Below, piece after piece: positions 26,301-33,806 of a DNA stretch of 64,000 bases (positions are counted from its first letter, which is position 1; every line of letters starts with the position of its first letter). Origin of the DNA: Bacteroidaceae bacterium (GTDB lineage Bacteria; Bacteroidota; Bacteroidia; Bacteroidales; Bacteroidaceae). The position numbers and the translations under genes were made by a program. A model generated the notes under the pieces. That model was not told where the DNA came from, did no database searches, and was given only the letters and a program-made list of their open reading frames with translations. The stretch spans positions 577-64,576 of the forward strand of contig CAVKXW010000003.1 of NCBI GenBank assembly GCA_963660215.1. Reading direction: 5' to 3'.

Positions 26301-26754
26301 GAAGCGAGTTGGCCTCTTCGTTGATGCGACGCAAGCGACGCATGGCCTCCTCGCGATAAGCATAAAAGTCTTTGTTGTGCGATTCTCTCTGGCAGAGTCG
26401 CATGTTTTGGATGTCGGCTATCAAGAGTTCTATCTGGTTGTCGCTTCGGTCTTCTATTTTCTGAAGCCATTTTTTTGCTGTCTTGTAATCCATCTTGGCG
26501 ATGGCGACAAACGCAAGATTGTTGCACGCTTCTGCATAACCGGCAGGATAGTCGTCGGAAATTCGCAAGGCCCTTTCTGCCAATGCTTTTGTAGAGTCTA
26601 GGTTTCTATAATGATAGACATAAGATAGGTCGTTCAGCTCATCTACCTCGCCCTTATGCGAAGGTGTACAAGCCGAAAAGAAAAACATCGCCACCATCAA
26701 GAAGATGATGGCGATGCCCATGTTGTTTTTCCTTTTGATAAAAACAGGAGTCAT
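23329..26754 (-). CDS. Two-module TPR-containing sensor histidine-kinase-like protein (lipoprotein-type N-terminus, 4 TM segments)
   Basis: 1141 aa. Lipobox: FFFSAC (Cys29). TPR-like helical repeats span residues 30-405. TM segments are near 408-427, 723-742 and 894-916. An intact HATPase_c has N-box INTIADNARKF, G1 IEDTGKGM, G2 GGHGFGL and GKGSSFTFRLP (about residues 595-715). An H-box-like LSTLKHETMYYPSRI is at residues 972-986. Confidence 0.8.
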   Translation of the reverse strand: MTPVFIKRKNNMGIAIIFLMVAMFFFSACTPSHKGEVDELNDLSYVYHYRNLDSTKALAERALRISDDYPAGYAEACNNLAFVAIAKMDYKTAKKWLQKIEDRSDNQIELLIADIQNMRLCQRESHNKDFYAYREEAMRRLRRINEEANSLPKREKKRAIYAKSEFDIVAATYFYYVGLETPMFQALNHLDPDELEQDTAQYLNYLYNFGSGGAITEGSPNEINQAEFDRLIECYMLASNANNPYPYWQANALQAISEHLRKGEVSEYLIKNNLPAFQYLNVDQVSKDFLAGNFAQRALDLFAQYGDVYQKAGAYRTLAECYFDIHDYQSALDCLNHALGDNHAIKQAPDLVASIREQLCLVYSAMNDKPQSDYNRNLYLDLQDMSRQDKQLEARATALDENAVQLNWMIFAVVGMIMLVVILLYVFDRMKRKKIHSRSMDELLAPLHEWNKNNEQKISELKEKTEEVSEELAMTRLHIEENKKRNLEQRAKVSLVNSITPFIDRMINEVNRLAEGGETEEVRGERYQYISELTSKINQYNNVLTQWIQMRQGALNLRIESFPLQLLFDMVAKGKMNFLMKGITLEVEPTEAIVKADRTLTLFMINTIADNARKFTPEGGKVRISARTVSVNSPSGTAKPNDCIEICIEDTGKGMDEETLSHVFDRTYTGGHGFGLLNCKGIIEKYKKVSSLFNVCQIQATSTVGKGSSFTFRLPQGMVRKFSHMACLVMGVLLISLSPLQGWAKKASDTHHHHSKTEQKVSPLLERADAFADSAYFSNINGTYHRTLDFADSSRYYLNSYYLSVHPGGKYLMVRHPQVGEAAELQWLHDSLDTNYDVILDIRNESAVAALALHQWELYQSNNKVYTQLFRERSADNTLDNYVRTMQQSENSKTVAVILLIILLLQLPLAYYLLYYRHVLNYRFMLIEQTKAQRIDEADRESAKLEMTTDELHRAEYENDKLHVSNSVLDNCLSTLKHETMYYPSRIAQLIDTQPNDVESLKELVDYYKSLYSMLSAQAMEQVESNIKNDDFLYRYLVDLMKGGSKQVSEQVVERKGAPYALLQIEQQDVAWNESLHSQLFTPLTGDLNYLLCRQIVREIGEVTNLRGSGIQAKRSPKGCLLIEANLPLGIIKKLQSIQKL

Positions 26755-26763
26755 GCCGCAGGT

Positions 26764-27435
26764 TTAGGCACGAGCCTTGGCGATATATCCAAGAGCCTCC
26801 TTGCACTTGGCTGTGATGGCAGCCCAATCCTGGGCAGCGACAGTCTCCTTAGGGAAGAGCTTGGAGCCCATACCTACGCAGAGCACACCGGCCTTGATCC
26901 AAGGGGTAAGGTTCTCTTCTGTTGGCTCTACCGCACCAGTCACCATGATGTTGCTCCAGCGCAAAGGCGCCATTACGTTCTTGACGAACGAAGGACCGCC
27001 TACGTTGCCTGCTGGGAATACCTTGGTCACGTCGCAACCTGCAGCCTGCGCATTGTTGATTTCTGTCACAGAGCCACAACCTGGTGAATAAGGCACCAAT
27101 CGACGGTTGCAAACAGGAGCAATCTCAGGGTTGAAGTTTGGACCTACGATGAAGTTGGCACCCAACTGCAAATACAAAGCTGCTGTACCAGCGTCAATCA
27201 CTGTGCCTGCGCCCAAGATCAACTCAGGGCATTCCTTGTCAGCCCACTTTACCAACTCACCGAAGATTTCATGAGCGAAGTCGCCACGGTTGGTAAACTC
27301 AAATACGCGCACACCACCCTCGTAGCATGCCTTGATGACGTTCTTACAAACTTCTACGTCTTTATTGAAGAATACAGGAACCATACCAGTCTCTTTCATG
27401 GCTGCCATGACCTGCATTTTGCTAAACTTAGCCAT
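26764..27435 (-). CDS. eda: 2-dehydro-3-deoxyphosphogluconate (KDPG) / 4-hydroxy-2-oxoglutarate aldolase
   Basis: 223 aa. VPVFFNKDVE...GGVRVFEFTNR...GAGTVID...GANFIVGP...PGCGSVTE...VKVFPA is the typical Eda TIM-barrel pattern, including the Schiff-base Lys context. Confidence 0.85.
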   Translation of the reverse strand: MAKFSKMQVMAAMKETGMVPVFFNKDVEVCKNVIKACYEGGVRVFEFTNRGDFAHEIFGELVKWADKECPELILGAGTVIDAGTAALYLQLGANFIVGPNFNPEIAPVCNRRLVPYSPGCGSVTEINNAQAAGCDVTKVFPAGNVGGPSFVKNVMAPLRWSNIMVTGAVEPTEENLTPWIKAGVLCVGMGSKLFPKETVAAQDWAAITAKCKEALGYIAKARA

Positions 27436-27505
27436 TATCTAATGTATTTAATTATATGATAATTTGAAATCCGTAAAATAAAAATCTGCGCAATCTGCGA
27501 GAGTC

Positions 27506-28528
27506 TTATCGCTGTACACGACCATTAGCGTTGCCACCGGCAAGGCTTTCCACCTCATCAGCGGTTACCAAGTTGAAGTCGCCAGGGATGGTATGCTTCA
27601 AGGCAGAAGCTGCCACTGCAAACTCGAGAGCCTCGCCCTGTGTCTCCTTGGTCAACAAACCGTGAATCAAGCCACCAGAGAAAGAGTCGCCACCACCCAC
27701 ACGGTCAATGATAGGATTGATGTCATAGTGCTTGCTCTGATAGAACTCTTTTCCATCGTAGATAAGAGCCTTCCAACCATTGTGGGTAGCAGAAAGAGAC
27801 TCGCGGAGTGTAGAAACCACATACTTGAAACCAAACTCCTTCATCATGCCCTGGAAGATGCCATAGTAGCCCTCGGCATCAGTCTTGCCGCCTTCTACGT
27901 CAGCGTCTGGCTTGAAGCCCAGGCAGAGCTGTGCGTCCTCCTCGTTGCCGATGCAGACATCCACATATTTCATCAATGGGCGCATCACAGAGATTGCCTT
28001 CTCGGAAGTCCAAAGCTTCTTGCGGAAGTTGAGGTCTACAGATACAGTCACGCCATGACGCTTGGCAGCCTCGCAAGCCAACTTGGTGAGCTCGGCAGCC
28101 TTATCAGAAATGGCAGGAGTGATACCGCTCCAGTGGAACCACTGTGCACCCTTCATGATCTTGTCAAAGTCAAAATCAGATGGATCAGCCTCTGCGATGG
28201 CGCTGTGGGCACGGTCGTAGATAACCTTGGATGGGCGCATGGAAGCACCTGTCTCTGCATAATAAAGACCTACGCGGTCGCCACCACGAGCAATAAACTC
28301 AGTATTGACACCATAACGGCGAAGACCGTTCACTGCAATCTGACCAATCTCATGCTTTGGAAGTTTAGAAACGAAGTAAGCCTCGTGGCCATAGTTAGCC
28401 AAGCTTACAGCCACGTTAGCCTCACCACCACCAGGAATGATGCGGAGCGACTCGCTCTGGATGAAACGATCGTTACCCTCTGGAGAGAGGCGAAGCATAA
28501 TCTCACCTAATGTTACAATTTTTGCCAT
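27506..28528 (-). CDS. kdgK: 2-dehydro-3-deoxygluconokinase (PfkB family)
   Basis: 340 aa. N-terminus: IVTLGEIMLRLSP...GGGEANVAVSLANYG. C-terminal PfkB motif: DRVGGGDSFSGGLIHGLL. It is adjacent to eda. Confidence 0.85.
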   Translation of the reverse strand: MAKIVTLGEIMLRLSPEGNDRFIQSESLRIIPGGGEANVAVSLANYGHEAYFVSKLPKHEIGQIAVNGLRRYGVNTEFIARGGDRVGLYYAETGASMRPSKVIYDRAHSAIAEADPSDFDFDKIMKGAQWFHWSGITPAISDKAAELTKLACEAAKRHGVTVSVDLNFRKKLWTSEKAISVMRPLMKYVDVCIGNEEDAQLCLGFKPDADVEGGKTDAEGYYGIFQGMMKEFGFKYVVSTLRESLSATHNGWKALIYDGKEFYQSKHYDINPIIDRVGGGDSFSGGLIHGLLTKETQGEALEFAVAASALKHTIPGDFNLVTADEVESLAGGNANGRVQR

Positions 28529-28679
28529 TGTTTGATAGTTTTAATTAATTGTTTTTATTTTGTTTGTTTATGATTAACAATTTTAGATTGTCACTCAATT
28601 TCGGGGCAAAAATAACCATAATTTCCCGAATAGCGAAATAAAAATACACTTTTTTTTGTTTTTCGTGCAAAAAAGTTGC

Positions 28680-28693
28680 TGTGTCTTCGCACA
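28680..28693. promoter_or_regulatory. Imperfect dyad TGTG-N6-CACA (TGTGTCTTCGCACA), candidate operator
   Basis: It lies in the kdgK / LacI-family divergent region. It shares the heptamer TCGCACA with 28741-28747 and 29843-29849. Confidence 0.3.
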
Positions 28694-28709
28694 ATTCAAA
28701 AAAATGTTG

Positions 28710-28717
28710 TAAATTTG
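28710..28717 (+). promoter_or_regulatory. -7 box TAAATTTG for the LacI-family regulator gene
   Basis: Exact TAnnTTTG match, 58 nt upstream of the ATG at 28776. Confidence 0.45.
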
Positions 28718-28735
28718 CGCCATAATTACCAAACT

Positions 28736-28747
28736 TGTGGTCGCACA
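28736..28747. promoter_or_regulatory. Imperfect dyad TGTG-N4-CACA (TGTGGTCGCACA), candidate operator in the leader of the regulator gene
   Basis: It sits between the -7 box (28710-28717) and the ATG at 28776 and contains TCGCACA. Confidence 0.3.
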
Positions 28748-28775
28748 CAAAGACATAAATTTAAAAGCAAAAATC

Positions 28776-29840
28776 ATGGCCGAAAAAATCAGAATCAAGG
28801 ATATTGCCGAGAGAGCTGGCGTATCTGTAGGAACGGTAGACAGAGTTCTACACGAGCGCCCCAATGTGTCGAAACCGGCACGCGAAAAGGTGGAGAAAGC
28901 CCTCAAGGAAATGAATTATCAGCCAAATGTGTATGCCAGTGCCTTGGCATACAACAAATCGTATACCTTCTATCTGCTGATTCCGAAGCATGAGTCAGAA
29001 GCTTACTGGGAAGAAATAGAGGAAGGTGCCCACAAATGCGAAGACACGAGAAGAGACTTCCATATTGACGTGGAAATATGCTATTACGAGCGTTCTGACG
29101 AGGACTCCTTCCGCATGATGGGCGGCCAGATTCTCTCTAGAAAGCCAGAAGGAATAGTCGTTGTGCCATCCACACTTGAGGTAACGCGAGAATTTACCGA
29201 GCAGTTGCATGCGGAGAACATTCCTTTCATCTTGCTCGACTCTTACATGCCAGACCTTCGCCCGCTTTCCTTCTTCGGACAAGACTCTTTCTGCTCTGGT
29301 TACTTTGCGGCTAAGATGCTCATGATGATTGCCTCGAAAGAGACCGAAATCATGATTATGAGGCAAACCAAGGAAGGCAGAGTGGTCAGCAAGCAACAAG
29401 ACAACCGAGAAGTGGGATTCCGCCACTATATGCACGACCATTTCCCAAAGGTTCAGATCATCGACCTAGACTTGCCGCTGAATGGAACGAGAGCAGAGAA
29501 TGTCAAGATGCTGGAAAACTACTTCAACACGCATCCCAACACCCACCATTGCATGACGATGACCTCGAAGGCCCATATCGTAGGCGACTTCTTGCTGAAA
29601 ACCAATCGTCGCGACGTGCAGATTATGGGATACGACATGGTAGAGAAGAATGCCAGATGCCTGCGCGAAGGCAGCATCTCCTTTCTCATCGCACAGCATG
29701 CTTACATGCAGGGCTATTCCTGCATCGACACCCTGTTCCGTGCCATTGTGCTAAAGAAGAAAGTGAATCCTGTCAACTACATGCCTATAGAGCTGCTGAT
29801 GAAGGAAAACGTAGACTTCTATCGCAGAACCCAACTATAG
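28776..29840 (+). CDS. LacI-family transcriptional regulator
   Basis: HTH: IRIKDIAERAGVSVGTVDRVLHERPNVS, followed by a periplasmic-binding-protein-like sugar domain. Start moved from GTG 28737 to ATG 28776. Confidence 0.85.
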   Translation: MAEKIRIKDIAERAGVSVGTVDRVLHERPNVSKPAREKVEKALKEMNYQPNVYASALAYNKSYTFYLLIPKHESEAYWEEIEEGAHKCEDTRRDFHIDVEICYYERSDEDSFRMMGGQILSRKPEGIVVVPSTLEVTREFTEQLHAENIPFILLDSYMPDLRPLSFFGQDSFCSGYFAAKMLMMIASKETEIMIMRQTKEGRVVSKQQDNREVGFRHYMHDHFPKVQIIDLDLPLNGTRAENVKMLENYFNTHPNTHHCMTMTSKAHIVGDFLLKTNRRDVQIMGYDMVEKNARCLREGSISFLIAQHAYMQGYSCIDTLFRAIVLKKKVNPVNYMPIELLMKENVDFYRRTQL

Positions 29841-29930
29841 TCTCGCACAGGCCAAGGCTAGATTATCTATACATAACAATGAATTATTTCTATAATACAC
29901 ATTAATTAATATATAAGACAAACTACAAAA

Positions 29931-31427
29931 ATGAAACAATCAAGCTTTATCAAGATAAACCCTGCCGACTCGGTAGTGGTTTGCTTGCGCCCGATGAAAG
30001 AGGGTGAGACCATCGAGGTGGATGGCAAGACCATCACCTTGTTGCAGGATACACCTGCAGGACACAAAATACTCATCAACGATGCGAAGGAAGGCACAGA
30101 CATCTTGAAGTATGGCTACCCTATCGGCCATGCCAAGGTAGACCTCAAGCAGGGAGAATGGGTAAACGAGAACAATCTGAAGACCAATCTCGCAGGTACG
30201 CTCGAATACACCTACAACCCAGTTGATGAAAAGCTGAATATCGCCGATGAACACAGAACATTCAAGGGATATGTGAGAAAGAATGGCGAAGTAGGCGTAA
30301 GAAATGAAATCTGGGTGGTTCCTACCGTGGGCTGCGTGAACGGCGTGGCCGAGAAGCTGGTGGAACTCCTGAAGAAGGAAACAGGCTGCGAAGGCATTGA
30401 CGCCATCCATGCTTGGCATCATAACTTTGGATGCTCACAGCTCTCGGGCGACCATGAGAACACCCGTAAAGTGCTGCGTGACATCTGCTTGCATCCCAAT
30501 GCCGGCGGCGTGCTCGTTCTCTCTCTCGGCTGCGAGAACAATCAGCCAGACGCTTTCATGGAGATGTTGGGTGATTACGACAAAGACCGCATCAAGCTCT
30601 TGGTGACACAGAAAGTGGAAGGCGACGAACTGGAGGAAGGAATGAAGATTCTTCGCAATCTCTATCAGAAAGCCAAGGAAGACAAGCGCGAGGAAGTTTC
30701 CGTTAGCAAGCTGCGCGTAGGTTTGAAATGCGGCGGCTCGGATGGTTTCAGCGGCATTACCGCCAACCCTTTGGTAGGTGAGTTTAGCGATTGGCTCGTG
30801 GCACAAGGCGGAACAAGCATCCTGACAGAAGTGCCAGAAATGTTTGGTGCCGAGACAATCCTCATGAACCGTTGCGAGAACCGAGCCCTCTTTGACAAGA
30901 CTGTTCATCTGATCAACGACTTCAAGGAATATTTCTTGAGTCATGGCGAACCTGTGGGCGAGAATCCTTCTCCAGGCAACAAGGCAGGTGGAATCTCCAC
31001 GCTCGAGGACAAGGCTCTGGGATGCACTCAGAAATGTGGTCGTGCCCCTGTGAGCGGTGTGTTGCAATATGGCGACCGCTTGGAAACCACAGGCTTGAAC
31101 CTGCTTTCTGCCCCTGGCAACGACTTGGTGGCAGCCACAGCCCTAGCTTCGGCAGGTTGCCAGCTCGTGCTCTTCACCACTGGTAGAGGAACGCCATTCG
31201 GCACTTTCGTTCCTACTATGAAGATTTCCACCAACAGCAACTTGGCTAAGAACAAGCCAAACTGGATTGACTTCAACGCAGGCAGCTTGGTGGAAGGTGT
31301 CGAGATGAAAGAGTTGGTAGGCCAGTTCATAGATAAGATACTTTCTGTGGCAAGTGGCGAGGAAGCCCGCAACGAATACAATGGCTACAGGGAGATCTCC
31401 ATCTTCAAGAATGGAGTGACTCTATAG
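29931..31427 (+). CDS. uxaA: Altronate dehydratase (UxaA family)
   Basis: 498 aa. The N-terminal SAF domain (INPADSVVVCLRPMKEGETIEVDG...LQDTPAGHKILINDAKEG) is followed by a large UxaA/GarD C-terminal domain (WHHNFGCSQL, GLKCGGSDGFSGITANP). Confidence 0.85.
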   Translation: MKQSSFIKINPADSVVVCLRPMKEGETIEVDGKTITLLQDTPAGHKILINDAKEGTDILKYGYPIGHAKVDLKQGEWVNENNLKTNLAGTLEYTYNPVDEKLNIADEHRTFKGYVRKNGEVGVRNEIWVVPTVGCVNGVAEKLVELLKKETGCEGIDAIHAWHHNFGCSQLSGDHENTRKVLRDICLHPNAGGVLVLSLGCENNQPDAFMEMLGDYDKDRIKLLVTQKVEGDELEEGMKILRNLYQKAKEDKREEVSVSKLRVGLKCGGSDGFSGITANPLVGEFSDWLVAQGGTSILTEVPEMFGAETILMNRCENRALFDKTVHLINDFKEYFLSHGEPVGENPSPGNKAGGISTLEDKALGCTQKCGRAPVSGVLQYGDRLETTGLNLLSAPGNDLVAATALASAGCQLVLFTTGRGTPFGTFVPTMKISTNSNLAKNKPNWIDFNAGSLVEGVEMKELVGQFIDKILSVASGEEARNEYNGYREISIFKNGVTL

Positions 31428-31497
31428 AATGAATAGTTCAGAACGAATAGCTCATAAAAAAGCTCTTTAAAATGAGCTCTGAACGAAGAATATAAGA

Positions 31498-31539
31498 GTG
31501 AAGAGTGAGGATTCATACAATAAAGTCTTCACTCTTCAC
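31498..31539 (+). terminator. Stem-loop downstream of uxaA
   Basis: GTGAAGAGTGA (31498-31508) pairs with TCACTCTTCAC (31529-31539). No clear U-tract follows, so function as a terminator is uncertain. Confidence 0.4.
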
Positions 31540-31568
31540 ACATAATTATAGGACATTAAAATAGAACA

Positions 31569-31622
31569 TAAAACTTGTACGATAAAACTTGTACAATAAA
31601 ATAGTACATAAAGAAAGTACAT
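31569..31622 (+). repeat. Four tandem 13-14-bp units with a GTAC core immediately upstream of the NhaC-family gene
   Basis: AAACTTGTACGAT / AAAACTTGTACAAT / AAAATAGTACATA / AAGAAAGTACATA. GTAC occurs at 31577, 31591, 31604 and 31617. Unit 2 contains the 8-bp palindrome TTGTACAA. Confidence 0.7.
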
Positions 31623-31633
31623 AAGAAAAAGCT

Positions 31634-32944
31634 ATGAGCAATAAGAAAGGTTTGTTGGCGCTATCGCCACTATTTTTGTTGATTGTCCTCATCACGGTAT
31701 TTACCGTCTACTCGATAGATGCAACCCATCAGGACACGAGCCTCTCCCTCACCGTGGCATTCATGATTTCCAGCATCTATGCGGTGGCGATTTCGGGTGG
31801 AATGCCCATCAAAAAGCGAGTGGACACCTACAGCAAGGGAGCAGGTGCAGGCAACTTGATGCTCATGCTTTGGATTTATGTGCTGGCTGGCGCTTTTGCC
31901 GCCTCGGCCAAGGCGATGGGAGCAGTCGATGCCACGGTGAATCTAGCTTTGAGCATCTTGCCTGCCAGCATGATTCTGCCAGGACTTTTCTTGGCGGCAT
32001 GCTTCATATCAGTCTCCATAGGAACCAGTGTGGGAACGGTCGTGGCTCTTGTTCCGATAGCTGCCGGACTGGCCCATTCCATGGGAGCCAATGTGGGCAT
32101 GATGACCGCCATCATTGTCGGTGGCGCTTATTTCGGCGATAATCTTTCGTTTATCTCGGATACGACAGTGGTAGCTACGCAAACCCAAAGCTGCAAGATG
32201 AGTGATAAGTTCAAGGTCAACTCGCTCATCGTTGTGCCAGCAGCCCTCGTCGTACTTATCGCATACACAGTGATGGGCATAGGTTTGCAAGCACCTACAC
32301 AAATCAACCAAGTGGAATACATCAAGGTAGTGCCTTATCTCATCGTCTTGATTACTGCCATCGCAGGCATGAACGTGATGGCGGTTCTCACCTTGGGCAC
32401 CATTCTTTGCGGCATCATAGGAATCGGTTCTGACCTGCAGGGAGGTGCAGGGAGCTATAACCTCTTCGGTTGGTTCTCGGCTATGGGCAATGGCATCATA
32501 GGCATGGGCGAACTCGTCATTATCGCCATGATGGCAGGCGGCATGCTCGAAATCATCAGAGAGAATGGCGGCATAGATTTCATCATCGGCAAGATAACCT
32601 CGCATGTCAGCGGCAAGCGTGGAGCCGAACTCTCGATCGCAGCCCTGGTTTCGTTGGTAAACATCTGCACTGCCAATAATACCGTGGCCATTCTCACCGT
32701 AGGAAACATCGCAAAGAAAATAGGTGACCAGTTTGGGGTAGACAACCGCAAGGCAGCCAGCATACTTGATACGTTCTCCTGTATGGTCCAGGGACTGATA
32801 CCTTACGGTGTGCAAATGCTTCTGGCGGCAGGATTGGCGAGTCTCAGCCCGATGGACATCTTGCCTTACCTTTACTATCCCGTTGCCATCGGAATAGCCG
32901 CCCTACTCTCCATCTTGGTAAGATACCCACATAGGTACAGCTAA
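31634..32944 (+). CDS. NhaC-family antiporter/transporter
   Basis: 436 aa and polytopic (about 11-12 TM). The glycine-rich TM pattern and overall length are typical of the Na+/H+ antiporter NhaC family. Confidence 0.7.
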   Translation: MSNKKGLLALSPLFLLIVLITVFTVYSIDATHQDTSLSLTVAFMISSIYAVAISGGMPIKKRVDTYSKGAGAGNLMLMLWIYVLAGAFAASAKAMGAVDATVNLALSILPASMILPGLFLAACFISVSIGTSVGTVVALVPIAAGLAHSMGANVGMMTAIIVGGAYFGDNLSFISDTTVVATQTQSCKMSDKFKVNSLIVVPAALVVLIAYTVMGIGLQAPTQINQVEYIKVVPYLIVLITAIAGMNVMAVLTLGTILCGIIGIGSDLQGGAGSYNLFGWFSAMGNGIIGMGELVIIAMMAGGMLEIIRENGGIDFIIGKITSHVSGKRGAELSIAALVSLVNICTANNTVAILTVGNIAKKIGDQFGVDNRKAASILDTFSCMVQGLIPYGVQMLLAAGLASLSPMDILPYLYYPVAIGIAALLSILVRYPHRYS

Positions 32945-33018
32945 GAAAAAGACAAGGCTTAGCCCAGAAAAGAAAAAGGATTCAATCAATATTTGGAGAC
33001 AATAACAACATAAAGCTT

Positions 33019-33714
33019 ATGGATTTTCTACAGAGAAATCTTTTCACAAAATTGCGTGCCGACCACTTCGGCATCCAAGAAGAGATGGAACCCATGACTA
33101 CCTTCAAGAAACGGAAGATAGCCCAGATGCTCAAGAATGTGAACGATGTGCCTGCTGGCGAGGTTAAGATGCACAATGGCTTGCTGAACCGCCGCCTTGT
33201 GAAAATTCAAGAAGACGAGCGTCACGCCATCGACACGTCCATCGAGACGATTTATTTGCTGCGCATCATCGTGGCAAATGTGAATGGCATGCTCTCTAAC
33301 GGCATAAACCTCAGGGGTATCATCCAGCTTGGCGACTATCTGCGCACTCGTGGCGACAAGGTGGATTTCGTGAAGTTGGAAAAATGGCTGACCAAACTTC
33401 GCATTCAGCGCATTGCCCAGTTGGAAGGAAGCGTTTTGATACGTTTCTTCGATTTCGAGAAAGACGAGATTCCTTTTGTCCGACATGAGGAACCTGGAGC
33501 CTATAAGCTCACCTTGCGCTCCCTTTACTATAACATCAAAGACCAGCAAGACATACAGTTTGAGCAGTCGAGCAGTGGTTTCGTTCATACCACGGGTGGC
33601 ACGATGCGCAAGAATCTGCGCCGCAGCATGCGCTATCTTCAATATGCCCCCATCGAATGTATCAGCAATTTCATGAACAAATTCTTCCGCTCTCTTTCCG
33701 AGATAGAAGAATAA
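33019..33714 (+). CDS. Hypothetical protein (helical, no signal peptide)
   Basis: 231 aa with an ATG start and codon usage like its neighbours. The antisense ORF 33028..33804 looks like a shadow. The segment GINLRGIIQLGDYLRTRGDKVDFVKLEKWLTKLRIQRIAQLEGSVLIRFFDF resembles, from memory, the C-terminal helical half of uncharacterised nucleotidyltransferase-family proteins. No catalytic motif was seen. Confidence 0.5.
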   Translation: MDFLQRNLFTKLRADHFGIQEEMEPMTTFKKRKIAQMLKNVNDVPAGEVKMHNGLLNRRLVKIQEDERHAIDTSIETIYLLRIIVANVNGMLSNGINLRGIIQLGDYLRTRGDKVDFVKLEKWLTKLRIQRIAQLEGSVLIRFFDFEKDEIPFVRHEEPGAYKLTLRSLYYNIKDQQDIQFEQSSSGFVHTTGGTMRKNLRRSMRYLQYAPIECISNFMNKFFRSLSEIEE

Positions 33715-33793
33715 GCATGGGCGATATGGAGGGCTAAGAGTAAAATATATATAAAAAACATATACTCGTGGCTGGAATGTCGTGTGTTTTTTG

Positions 33794-33801
33794 TAACTTT
33801 G
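33794..33801 (+). promoter_or_regulatory. -7 box TAACTTTG 5 nt upstream of the lysozyme ATG
   Basis: TAACTTTGCATTTATG. It lies inside track ORF 33768 (GTG start), which argues for the ATG at 33807. Confidence 0.45.
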
Positions 33802-33806
33802 CATTT

